Shown here: piece after piece, positions 8,138 through 15,666 of the stretch
Position numbering within the stretch: position 1 is the first letter of the stretch
Layout: the number at the start of each line of letters is the position of its first letter
Assembly (NCBI GenBank): GCA_964434895.1
Contig: CAYSXG010000001.1
Coordinates: 1,701 to 65,700 of the forward strand
Reading direction: 5' to 3'
Origin: an uncultured Solibacteraceae bacterium
Lineage (GTDB): Bacteria; Acidobacteriota; Holophagae; Holophagales; Holophagaceae
DNA: 64,000 bases
Made by a program: the position numbers and the translations under genes
The notes under the pieces: model-generated
The model's input: the letters and a program-made list of their open reading frames with translations, nothing else
The model's database searches: none
What the model was told of the DNA's origin: nothing

Positions 8138-8567
8138 AGATGCCCGGCGAGCCCGCCTCCTCTCGCTAATTGACGTAGGGCGGCAGGAGCGAGAAGCCAG
8201 AACCACGAGGCCTCTTGTCGTCGCCACCCACATCGAGGAGGAACCCCACCCAGACAAGGAGACCCCCCCGGCCGAAGCTGAGACGGAAGTTCCGCCCGCC
8301 CAGTACCCCGAGCCTATCTCCGGGGAGGCTATGGACAACCCCATCGCCCATCTTGAGCGCCGCAAGCGGGGGTTGAGGAACGATCCGGGTTGGATCGGGA
8401 CGACCATCTACCTCCGGAAGCCGACCCACAAGGCCGCCAAGAAGGCCGCGGAGTCTCTGGGAATCGACCTCTCCCGCCTTGTGGAGTTCTGTGTGTCCAT
8501 GCAGATGAGAGAGGAGAGCAGGGCCCCCGAACTGCGCGACATGCTGGGCCTCAAGCAGGAGGATTAA
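8121..8567 (+). CDS. Ribbon-helix-helix centromere-binding partner (ParG-like)
   Basis: 148 aa, overlapping the parA 3' end by 17 nt. The C-terminal TTIYLRKPTHKAAKKAAESLGIDLSRLVEF looks like an RHH motif, and the N-terminal part is acidic and Pro-rich. Confidence 0.55.
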   Translation: MPKQGEDARRARLLSLIDVGRQEREARTTRPLVVATHIEEEPHPDKETPPAEAETEVPPAQYPEPISGEAMDNPIAHLERRKRGLRNDPGWIGTTIYLRKPTHKAAKKAAESLGIDLSRLVEFCVSMQMREESRAPELRDMLGLKQED

Positions 8568-8621
8568 CCACGCGAGTGCTGCGCCAAGGTGGCATTCCCG
8601 AGAACCCATGACCCCCATGAT

Positions 8622-8649
8622 GGGATCCCACATGGATCCCGACTTTTCC
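8622..8649 (+). terminator. Rho-independent terminator after the par operon
   Basis: Stem GGGATCC, loop cacat, stem GGATCCC, followed by GACTTTTCC. Confidence 0.55.
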
Positions 8650-8663
8650 ACAGGAAGCGCGGA

Positions 8664-8831
8664 ATGAAAACCATCATATTCCGAGGTAAGACCAACCGCC
8701 GGGGCCGCAAGGCCGACAAGATGCGCCACCGCCGGATGATGGCCCAGACCGAAGAACTCCGGGCCCAGGTCCGATCCAACCCCAACCACACCGCCGGCCC
8801 GAAGGCCTGGTACCCCAGCAGGAGGGGATGA
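8664..8831 (+). CDS. Small basic protein (55 aa)
   Basis: Internal ATG of track ORF 8589..8831, placed after AGGAAG. Third positions are GC-rich. MKTIIFRGKTNRRGRKADKMRHRR... Confidence 0.35.
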   Translation: MKTIIFRGKTNRRGRKADKMRHRRMMAQTEELRAQVRSNPNHTAGPKAWYPSRRG

Positions 8832-9088
8832 TGGAGCTGGCAATTGGGTTGGGCGGCATCCTCGTCGGGGTCCTCGGCCTTGCGGCCACTTTCTACTTCG
8901 GCTTTGAGGCCCGGCGACAGCGCACGGCCAGAGAGAAGGCTGTAATCGGGACCACCGCTGCGATCCATCGGGCCCATGGGCTCCTGGTAGGCCTCAAGGC
9001 GGCGGAAGTCAACGAGAAGATATCCACGGCGATTGGTGACGGGCTGGAGGGCCTGCGACAAGCCAAGCAGATCCTGGAAGAGCTGTAG
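8828..9088 (+). CDS. Small membrane protein (86 aa)
   Basis: ATGA overlap with the upstream ORF. N-terminal TM segment LAIGLGGILVGVLGLAATFYFGF. Confidence 0.45.
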   Translation: MMELAIGLGGILVGVLGLAATFYFGFEARRQRTAREKAVIGTTAAIHRAHGLLVGLKAAEVNEKISTAIGDGLEGLRQAKQILEEL

Positions 9089-9090
9089 CC

Positions 9091-9279
9091 ATGCTCAAGC
9101 CGAAAGAGCCAAAGGACCATGGTAGTGAAACCATAGCGACCAGCATCCTTGCCGAGCGGGAGGCTTGCGCCAGGGTCGCCGACAACGTGGCCGCAGCCCG
9201 GTACAAGGCGGGCGACATGGAAGGGTGGGGGACTGCCTGCCAAGTGGCAAAGTTCATTCGAGAGCGATCTGTGAAATAA
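9091..9279 (+). CDS. Hypothetical 62-aa protein
   Basis: Track ORF starting 3 nt after the previous stop. No motif recognised. Confidence 0.4.
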   Translation: MLKPKEPKDHGSETIATSILAEREACARVADNVAAARYKAGDMEGWGTACQVAKFIRERSVK

Positions 9280-9281
9280 TT

Positions 9282-9680
9282 ATGAAAGCCCAGAAGCCCA
9301 TTACGGCACCAAGGAGGCCAAGAATGGAAAACTCCATACCCCCAGCGTTCGACAAGAACCGCGATTATACAGACTCAAACTCAACTCATTGCGTCCTAAA
9401 AATGCTCTTTGAATCAAAGGGACAGATGGACGCTTCAATGAAGGAGAAGTTGGCCGAGGCTGCGAAGGATGCAACCGGGAATGAGTTGTGCCTCTATTTT
9501 CAAGAAGTTCACTGGAATTTCCGTGTGGCACATGATGCTGAATCAAGGACAGCACCCGTTGATTTAGTTGGGCGCTTGACCATCAACGCCACGGCCATGC
9601 TCCTAGATCAAACGGACTGGGAAGAGGTCGCTCATAAGGTCCCATCCATCTTGGATGGGACGATTTCATTCCGCCTATAG
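9282..9680 (+). CDS. Hypothetical protein in an AT-rich cargo segment
   Basis: Internal ATG (residue 40) of track ORF 9165..9680, giving 132 aa. The segment is visibly lower in GC than its surroundings. No motif recognised. Confidence 0.5.
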   Translation: MKAQKPITAPRRPRMENSIPPAFDKNRDYTDSNSTHCVLKMLFESKGQMDASMKEKLAEAAKDATGNELCLYFQEVHWNFRVAHDAESRTAPVDLVGRLTINATAMLLDQTDWEEVAHKVPSILDGTISFRL

Positions 9681-10107
9681 TCCCAATAAACCACAACAGG
9701 CGCTTGCTATTCAGGGTGACGCCCGGCTTCAGGGCGGGGCTGGAGCCGCCTGTGCGGGGAGCCGAAACCGCATCGCAGCCGCGTAAGGCTCTTCTCCGCA
9801 CTCGGCAGGTAGTGGGTAGACCAGCCCATTCGGCGAATTCCACCACGGAGTCGGGTTCCCGACCAGGATGGGGCACTACCAACAAACGTGCTATGAGGGG
9901 CCATCTGTGGCCTGCGCGTCAGAAACGAACGTATTTGACGCATCAAGGTCGGATGTCCTGGATGGCGACTACCCGGAGAGCGGGCGGTTTGAACCTTCGC
10001 GGCGGGACCTTCTTCCCGAATGCCGGCCTCACGCCGGAGGCCCGCCCAGAGGTCCGCATCCGTGGGGGTCATGCCCAAGGGTAGCGTAAAAAAAGCGAAA
10101 TTTTTCC

Positions 10108-10137
10108 AGTTTCACATACTAGCAGGTATGTGAAACT
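10108..10137. repeat. Perfect 12-bp-arm inverted repeat AGTTTCACATAC-tagcag-GTATGTGAAACT
   Basis: Read directly from an AT-rich intergenic stretch, preceded by TAAAAAAAGCGAAATTTTT. It could be an operator, part of an origin, or a hairpin. Confidence 0.5.
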
Positions 10138-10175
10138 GCGCCGCGTTTAAGCCGGGGCAGGGGGCCCAGTACGGA

Positions 10176-10421
10176 ATGGGTCATTTCAACAGCGAATTTA
10201 TAAAATTCCCTTCAAGGAAAATTTGTATTGCACGAAGCGCCTGCGTGACCTACCGTGAGGGTATCCAAACCACTGCCTGGACCACCACTCCGGGCCACCC
10301 ACTGGAGGCGCTCGTGCGAGCCATACTCTCTACCCTCTCCCTGCACCAAGAAGCCCTGAAAGACGGGGGCGTGGTGCTCATGCTCCTCGCCGGCACCTGG
10401 GCCGCCTGGCTCCTGTTCTGA
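10176..10421 (+). CDS. Doubtful small ORF with a C-terminal hydrophobic segment
   Basis: Track ORF whose 5' part crosses palindrome site 2 and is AT-rich. The 3' part (LEALVRAILSTL...VVLMLLAGTWAAWLLF) looks coding and ends 9 nt before the next start. The true start may be GTG near 10246. Confidence 0.25.
   Translation: MGHFNSEFIKFPSRKICIARSACVTYREGIQTTAWTTTPGHPLEALVRAILSTLSLHQEALKDGGVVLMLLAGTWAAWLLF
10202..10224. promoter_or_regulatory. 23-bp near-palindrome AAAATTCCCTTCAAGGAAAATTT (site 2 of 3)
   Basis: 21 of 23 positions match site 1. It lies about 200 bp upstream of the rightward operon. Confidence 0.45.
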
Positions 10422-10430
10422 GGTGATCTC

Positions 10431-11558
10431 GTGACCACCACCACCCCAACCGACCCCGGCATTCTCCAGGGCGTCCTCGTCCCGGAACCTGAATCCGCCC
10501 ATGGCCTGCTCACCCTCGTCCCGGGCCGGGCGCCCCAAGAGCTCTTCACCGACGCGGACGTGGTGGCCCAGCTCCTCACCTGGGTGCGCCAGGAGGCCCA
10601 GGCCTTCACGCCGGACCTCCGCACGAAGAAGGGCCGCGACGAGATCGCCTCCCGCGCCTACCGCGTCGCCAAGACCAAGGCTTACCTTGACGAGGTTGGG
10701 AAAGACCTGGTGGCGGACCTCAAGGAAGCGCCCAAGCGCGTGGACGCTGGGCGGAAGGTACTGCGTGATGGCTTGGACGCCCTGCGGGACGAGATCCGCC
10801 TGCCCCTCACCGCCTGGGAGGAGCGCCAGGACGTGATGAAGCGCCGAGTGGAGCGGATCCTGGCCCTTCCCGCCACCCTACGGGACGCGGATTCGATCAC
10901 GCTCCAATCCTCCATCAAGGCCCTGGACGCCGACCCCATGCAGGAGTCCTCCGAGTGGGGTGAATTCGCCGGTGAGGCCGCGACCGCCAAGGCGGCCACG
11001 TTGCCCCTCCTGCGCAACATGCTGGCGGATGCCATCCGCCGCGAGGCCGAGGCCGCCGAGTTGGAAGCCCTACGGCGCGAGAAGGCCGCCCAGGAGCAGC
11101 GGGACCGCGAGGAGCGGATCCGCCAGGAGTCCGCCGAACGCGCCCAATCCGAGGCGGAGGCCCGGGCCCGGGCCGAACGGGAGGCCGCGGCCCGGCGGGA
11201 AGCCGAAGCCGTGCTGGCCAAGGAGCGGGCCGAGCGCCAGCTTGAGGAGGAGCGCCGGCAGGCATCGCAGCGCGAAGAGCAGGCCCGCCAGGAGGCTGTG
11301 GAGGCCGAGCGGCGCCGCGCCGAGACCGAGCGCCTGGAGCGGGAGCTCAAGGACACCTTCGAGCGCGAGGAGAAGGAACGCCGTGAGGCCGATCTCCAAC
11401 ACCGCCAGCAGCGCAACCGCGAGGCCCTGACAGACCTCATGGGCGTTCTGGAACGGCAGACGGACACCCTGATCTCCAGCCAAGCGAAGGCCATCATCAC
11501 CGCCATCGTGAAAGGCGAGATCCGTAACGTTGGCATCAACTACGGGGTCCAAGCATGA
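10431..11558 (+). CDS. Coiled-coil phage early protein (DUF1351-like by eye)
   Basis: 375 aa with a GTG start after GAGGTGA. It contains a long E/R/A-rich coiled coil (REAEAAELEALRREKAAQEQRDREERIRQE...). Confidence 0.55.
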   Translation: MTTTTPTDPGILQGVLVPEPESAHGLLTLVPGRAPQELFTDADVVAQLLTWVRQEAQAFTPDLRTKKGRDEIASRAYRVAKTKAYLDEVGKDLVADLKEAPKRVDAGRKVLRDGLDALRDEIRLPLTAWEERQDVMKRRVERILALPATLRDADSITLQSSIKALDADPMQESSEWGEFAGEAATAKAATLPLLRNMLADAIRREAEAAELEALRREKAAQEQRDREERIRQESAERAQSEAEARARAEREAAARREAEAVLAKERAERQLEEERRQASQREEQARQEAVEAERRRAETERLERELKDTFEREEKERREADLQHRQQRNREALTDLMGVLERQTDTLISSQAKAIITAIVKGEIRNVGINYGVQA

Positions 11559-11929
11559 ATCGAATCCAGATCAAGGTCGCGCGAGCGGACGGCCTGCCGG
11601 GCTTCGCCGCCTACCTCGCCGAGACGCTTTCCAGCCTTGGCAAAACCACCATCGACCTGGATCCCAACCAGGCCCTGGTGCTGCTCGACGTGGAGGCTAT
11701 CTTCGATGATGAGGCCGTGGTCAGCGAAGATGGAAGCCCCATCCCGCCATCCACTCCCCAGGAGCGAAGGCGGCACATGATCCAGACCCTCATGCATGAA
11801 TTCGGGCACGTCCTGGAGGAGTTCTTCGGGCAGGAATTCGATGAGGACTGGATCGAGAACGTCGTTCAATCCTGGCGGGACCGCAGCGAGCAGGGCCGTG
11901 TCCTGATAATTCACAACTCGGACACGTAA
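11555..11929 (+). CDS. Small acidic protein with an HExxH motif
   Basis: 124 aa with an ATGA overlap to the upstream ORF. The only recognisable motif is MIQTLMHEFGHVLEEF. Confidence 0.5.
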   Translation: MNRIQIKVARADGLPGFAAYLAETLSSLGKTTIDLDPNQALVLLDVEAIFDDEAVVSEDGSPIPPSTPQERRRHMIQTLMHEFGHVLEEFFGQEFDEDWIENVVQSWRDRSEQGRVLIIHNSDT

Positions 11930-12063
11930 ATCGTCGGTAGGCCGCACAGGGCCTCAGTTCTTTGCAGAGCTACGAAATTATCAGACACGCGGTTTTTCTG
12001 GGAAAAGCCGCGGAAACACTACCAACTTTCCAACCGGAAATACTGTCCATCCTCGGAGCATCC

Positions 12064-12249
12064 GTGATCGCCTACCACTACTGCGCCATCAAAGGACTTC
12101 CGGATGGCTCAACAGCCTACTCGGATGGAATCGTCCAGTCAGACCGTCCGATGATGGCTGGCGACCTCCCCAACCTCCGCGCTGAAATCGGAGCCGGGAA
12201 GGGATGGGAAGCTGGCAGTTTCAACATCCTCTCCCTCACCCGTTTGTGA
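12064..12249 (+). CDS. Hypothetical 61-aa protein
   Basis: GTG start 20 nt after TGTCCATCCTCGGAG. The upstream part of track ORF 11962..12249 has poor third-position GC. Confidence 0.45.
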   Translation: MIAYHYCAIKGLPDGSTAYSDGIVQSDRPMMAGDLPNLRAEIGAGKGWEAGSFNILSLTRL

Positions 12250-12921
12250 ATGTCCAATCCTCTTCCCAACCTGAAAGCCCCTCGCATGCGCCAATGCACC
12301 GAAGTCGAATTTCTTGCCGATGTTGCCGCCCACGTCATGACCGTCGAGCATGACGACGGGGTGTTCCGCCACCTGCGCTTCGCCAAGCCCGGCGCGTACT
12401 GCATGTGCTTCATGCTCACGACATGGCCTGGGCACCTGGCCATCAGCGGGGACATGGGAACCTACGTGTTCGACCGCACCCGGGACATGTTCACGTTCTT
12501 CCGCACCAAGCCCGACCGGAATGAGGAATACCCGATTAATCCTCAGTATTGGGCTGAGAAGTGCGAGGCCATGGACACTCGAACCGGCCTCGATGGAAGT
12601 ATCCGGGTTTTCGATGCAGACAGCCTTCGGGCGAACGCAAGGGAAGCCTGGGAGAGCCACTTTGAAGACGACCTTGAGAGCGAGGCGGCGAAGGAGTGCT
12701 GGGAAGCCATCCAAGACGAAGTGTTGCGGTCAGAAAATGGGTATGAGGCATACGAGTCCGCTAGTAATTTCGAGCACGAAGGTTTCCAATTCCATGATTC
12801 CTGGGAATGGAACAACACCACCTATGCCTTCCGCTTCCTCTGGTGCCTCTACGCGATCACCTGGGGCGTCAGGCAGTACGATTCCGCCACCACGCCCGCG
12901 CCGGCCGAAACCAGCCGCTGA
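12250..12921 (+). CDS. Conserved hypothetical protein (223 aa)
   Basis: Track ORF. VMTVEHDDGVFRHLRFAKPG...TTWPGHLAISGDMGTYVFDRTRDMFTFFR looks like a conserved mobile-element family that I cannot name. The start is either ATG 12250 or ATG 12286. Confidence 0.6.
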   Translation: MSNPLPNLKAPRMRQCTEVEFLADVAAHVMTVEHDDGVFRHLRFAKPGAYCMCFMLTTWPGHLAISGDMGTYVFDRTRDMFTFFRTKPDRNEEYPINPQYWAEKCEAMDTRTGLDGSIRVFDADSLRANAREAWESHFEDDLESEAAKECWEAIQDEVLRSENGYEAYESASNFEHEGFQFHDSWEWNNTTYAFRFLWCLYAITWGVRQYDSATTPAPAETSR

Positions 12922-12941
12922 TGTCCAATACGAGGCGCACG

Positions 12942-13277
12942 ATGCCTGACGATAAAAAAGACCCAGCACTCATCCTCCACGAAGCCATCTTCATCTGCGG
13001 GGACTGCCCGGAGTGTGGCTCCGACAACTGGACCGATTGCGAGCAGTATGGCGAATGCCACTCCTGCGGCACGAGGTTCAACCCAACCATTCCACGGCAA
13101 ATGAAGTTGGCTTCACAGGCGCTGGATGCGATCCGCGCCCGCATCTACGAGCTGGAGGGTCGTTGCCAAGAGGCGGAGACAGAGCGCCGCGCATACCGTG
13201 GAGCGCTCCGCGACATCTCAAACGAGACGACCGAAATTGCCCCGTCCCTCTACGCCTACGCCATCCTCAACCCATAA
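12942..13277 (+). CDS. Zinc-ribbon protein with a coiled-coil tail (111 aa)
   Basis: ATG 20 nt after TGTCCAATACGAGG. Cysteine pairs CGDCPECG...CHSCG. Confidence 0.6.
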   Translation: MPDDKKDPALILHEAIFICGDCPECGSDNWTDCEQYGECHSCGTRFNPTIPRQMKLASQALDAIRARIYELEGRCQEAETERRAYRGALRDISNETTEIAPSLYAYAILNP

Positions 13278-13300
13278 TCCTGTCCAGTACGAGGCACCAC

Positions 13301-13519
13301 ATGCAATGGCAACCGATTGAAACAGCGCCGAAGACGCGAGAATTGAAAATCCTGACTTATGGGGTAGTTCCCGAAAACTACGGCTACACGCAAGAAGAGT
13401 GGCTCATCTCGATTTCGGAATGGTGTGGAAACGGCTGGGCTTCCCAGGCTAGTTCGCCTTACGGGAACCGCTTCCAGCCGACCCACTGGATGCCTTTACC
13501 TGAACCACCCACCTTCTAA
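13301..13519 (+). CDS. DUF551-like small protein (72 aa)
   Basis: ATG 20 nt after the motif. WQPIETAPK...PTHWMPLPEPP is the typical DUF551 signature. Confidence 0.6.
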   Translation: MQWQPIETAPKTRELKILTYGVVPENYGYTQEEWLISISEWCGNGWASQASSPYGNRFQPTHWMPLPEPPTF

Positions 13520-13551
13520 ATCATGTCCATCCTCAGTCCCAGGAGAAGCCC

Positions 13552-13755
13552 ATGACTGAAGACCGTTACCACGACCTCGACAAGGTGGTGAGCGCCGAGG
13601 TGCTCTCCAGTCTCAAGGGGCAGGTCATCCCCGAAGTCTGCCCAGTTTGCCGAGGCGAAGGGAAGGATGGGGAACCCGGCGATGAACCCGGTACGGGCTA
13701 CACCTGGGCATGCGAGAACTGCGGCGGCTCCGGCACCATCAACCGGCAGTATTGA
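13552..13755 (+). CDS. DnaJ-type zinc-finger mini-protein (67 aa)
   Basis: Two CxxCxGxG motifs, CPVCRGEG and CENCGGSG. It is preceded by the long motif variant, including a 10-codon upstream ORF whose stop overlaps this ATG. Confidence 0.6.
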   Translation: MTEDRYHDLDKVVSAEVLSSLKGQVIPEVCPVCRGEGKDGEPGDEPGTGYTWACENCGGSGTINRQY

Positions 13756-13757
13756 TC

Positions 13758-13919
13758 TTGTCCAGTACGGAGCACCCCATCGAAGGCGCGGTCTCTTCCT
13801 TGATTGAGGACGCCATCATCGACCGCGTGCTTTCGATCCACCTAGACTCGGACGAACTAGACCTCACCATCAGACCGCGCTCTGTCTACATCGCCTTCGA
13901 ATCCTCCAATCCCATTTAA
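13758..13919 (+). CDS. Small ORF with a non-ATG start (TTG 13758, or ATC 13779)
   Basis: The motif context matches the copy at 14621, but ATC sits where ATG is expected. An in-frame TTG lies immediately upstream of the motif. Product about 53 aa. Confidence 0.35.
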   Translation: MSSTEHPIEGAVSSLIEDAIIDRVLSIHLDSDELDLTIRPRSVYIAFESSNPI

Positions 13920-13947
13920 CTGCAAATGTCCAGTACGAGGACCACGC

Positions 13948-14193
13948 ATGAGCCCACGATTCAAAATCGCCTACGTCCCCTGGTGGCGCCCCGTTCGGCT
14001 GGCGGCATGGTCCACCGACAATGACGGCAAGCGGACGGGCTTCGAGTTTGTCGGCTGGGTTTGGCGCCAGAAAGCCTACCTCGTCAACAACATCCATTAC
14101 GGCTGGATCGCCTTCGTGGAAGACCAACAGCCCGAGAAACTGGAAGTCTGCCCATCCTGCAAGCGCAACCTTCACCTGCCTGTGGGCGAGTGA
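13948..14193 (+). CDS. Hypothetical 81-aa protein
   Basis: ATG 21 nt after TGTCCAGTACGAGG. It has a C-terminal CPSC. Confidence 0.5.
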   Translation: MSPRFKIAYVPWWRPVRLAAWSTDNDGKRTGFEFVGWVWRQKAYLVNNIHYGWIAFVEDQQPEKLEVCPSCKRNLHLPVGE

Positions 14194-14223
14194 ATGTCCA
14201 TCCTCACCCCCAGGAGCCCCGTC

Positions 14224-14388
14224 ATGGACGCCGACCTCTTGCATGATCTGCAACGTCTTATCGACGATGCACCGATGGAAACCGCAGGGATTGCTCTTGC
14301 GGCAAGGGATCTGATCGCAGAACTGGAACGAGAGAATTTCCAACTCAAGGACCGCCTTGAGAAGCCATGCCCAGGCTGTGGGCTGTGA
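14224..14388 (+). CDS. Hypothetical 54-aa protein
   Basis: ATG after ATGTCCATCCTCACCCCCAGGAG. The C-terminus is CPGCGL. Confidence 0.45.
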   Translation: MDADLLHDLQRLIDDAPMETAGIALAARDLIAELERENFQLKDRLEKPCPGCGL

Positions 14389-14407
14389 TGTCCATGAGCT
14401 ACGCACG

Positions 14408-14617
14408 ATGACCAACATCCTCCAGAATCACCCCAAGGGCGCACCCGGAAGCCCAACTGCCATCAACAACGGCTGCAAGTGTCCTGTGATTGACAACGGG
14501 CACGGGCGCGGGATGTACACCGACACGGATGGCATCGCTGTCTACGCGGTGAACCGTGATTGCCCCATCCACCACAACGAAATCGACTGCTTCCCAATCC
14601 CCTTTGAGGAAATGTGA
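14408..14617 (+). CDS. Cys/His-rich 69-aa protein
   Basis: ATG 19 nt after TGTCCA. NNGCKCPVIDNGHG...DCPIHHNEIDC. Confidence 0.5.
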   Translation: MTNILQNHPKGAPGSPTAINNGCKCPVIDNGHGRGMYTDTDGIAVYAVNRDCPIHHNEIDCFPIPFEEM

Positions 14618-14641
14618 GTCTGTCCAGTACGGAGCACCCCC

Positions 14642-14926
14642 ATGGAACCCAAGATCCGCGTGTACCACGATGACCCGTACGAAATCGCGTACACGGTCCT
14701 ATACAACGAACTCAAAATCGACGTTACGAGTTACAGCTCGGACTACCCAAACACTCATCTAGCCGGAGAGACTCGCGTTTCGTGGTGCTGCGGGTTTGGC
14801 GGGATGCGATCCGACCTCTCGGAAGTGGCTGCGGACCTGGAGTGGATGGCTAAGGCTATCCGCGACATCGGACAACTCGGGGCACGATCATGGCTCACCA
14901 TCATTGCTCATACCGTCTTGTCTTAA
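14642..14926 (+). CDS. Hypothetical 94-aa protein
   Basis: ATG 21 nt after TGTCCAGTACGGAG. Confidence 0.5.
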   Translation: MEPKIRVYHDDPYEIAYTVLYNELKIDVTSYSSDYPNTHLAGETRVSWCCGFGGMRSDLSEVAADLEWMAKAIRDIGQLGARSWLTIIAHTVLS

Positions 14927-14950
14927 TCCTTGCCCATCCTCGGAGCACCC

Positions 14951-15406
14951 TTGCCCACCCGTGACCCCATCCCCACCGGCACACGCATCAAGGACAACGA
15001 TCCCCGCGTCACCTACGACCGCATCCTGGAGGTGGTGGAGAGCCTGACCGACGACCTGCAAATGATCGAGGACGCTCTTGCCCGTTTCGGATGCGAGGAA
15101 GGATCTGCCCTCCGCGTGGCGGTTAATCGGGTTTGGAAGGCTTGCGCTGACCTCAACGCCGCCCCCGCCCCCGACTGGATGATCATCGACGCCACCCGCT
15201 ACGCCCTCGGGCGCCGGACGTACCAGGTGTCCGTCACCTGCGAGTGGCTGCTGGCGAACTGGACGGAGGTTCCGGAAGACGCTCGGGAGATCATCCAACG
15301 GGACATCGAGGAAGCCTTCAGGCGCCGTGGCGGCACGGGCGATCCCTACGACCGTGCCGAATGGGATAAGGTCCGCGCCCTCTGGCTCAATGCCAACTCT
15401 TTTTGA
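14951..15406 (+). CDS. Hypothetical 151-aa protein
   Basis: TTG start 20 nt after TGCCCATCCTCGGAG, by analogy with the copy at 12044. The track ORF starts at 14930. Confidence 0.5.
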   Translation: MPTRDPIPTGTRIKDNDPRVTYDRILEVVESLTDDLQMIEDALARFGCEEGSALRVAVNRVWKACADLNAAPAPDWMIIDATRYALGRRTYQVSVTCEWLLANWTEVPEDAREIIQRDIEEAFRRRGGTGDPYDRAEWDKVRALWLNANSF

Positions 15407-15429
15407 TTTTGTCCAGTACGAGGACCCAG

Positions 15430-15642
15430 ATGGGCGACAACCTCAACACATTCCTTACACGGCTCCCTAACCTTCCTCGCCCTGAACCGGGCTGGAAGCC
15501 CAAACCAATCGTCAAGATTGGGACCGAGACCGAATTTGGGACCGTGGAGGGCATGCGGACGCAGGACGGTGAGCGCTTCTACTTCATCAAAGACGCACAG
15601 GGCACCGTTTCTCTGATGCCCGCCTCAGTAATCGAACCCTAA
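15430..15642 (+). CDS. Hypothetical 70-aa protein
   Basis: ATG 20 nt after TGTCCAGTACGAGG. Confidence 0.5.
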   Translation: MGDNLNTFLTRLPNLPRPEPGWKPKPIVKIGTETEFGTVEGMRTQDGERFYFIKDAQGTVSLMPASVIEP

Positions 15643-15666
15643 CCGCGAATGTCCAGGAGCTGCACT

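Larger units (their letters stand above)
12044..15659 (+). promoter_or_regulatory. Array of 13 start-associated TGTCCA motifs
   Basis: TGTCCA starts at 12044, 12251, 12922, 13281, 13524, 13759, 13927, 14195, 14389, 14621, 15410 and 15650, plus TGCCCA at 14931. Each lies 0-9 nt after a stop codon (the first has no convincing upstream ORF). Each is followed by GTACGAGG/GTACGGAG or TCCTC..GGAG, or by diverged sequence at two sites (12251, 14389), then a start codon. Confidence 0.7.

Noticed and set aside
9707-10078. A 123-aa minus-strand ORF (and the overlapping plus-strand ORFs 9704..10084 and 9868..10089) as real genes.
   Set aside because: The codon signature decays after about 27 codons, and the products are Arg/Pro/Gly-rich. 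I treat the stretch as an unassigned region or possible pseudogene instead.
10108-10137. The perfect palindrome as a protelomerase telomere-resolution site (N15-type linear phage-plasmid).
   Set aside because: No protelomerase-sized gene is present in the window. The palindrome has a non-symmetric 6-nt centre and is far shorter than known tel sites.
13779-13781. ATC as a genuine non-canonical start codon for the ORF after the motif at 13759.
   Set aside because: An in-frame TTG at 13758 directly precedes the motif and is a simpler explanation. The ATC may simply mark a mutated former ATG. I left this unresolved rather than claiming AUC initiation.
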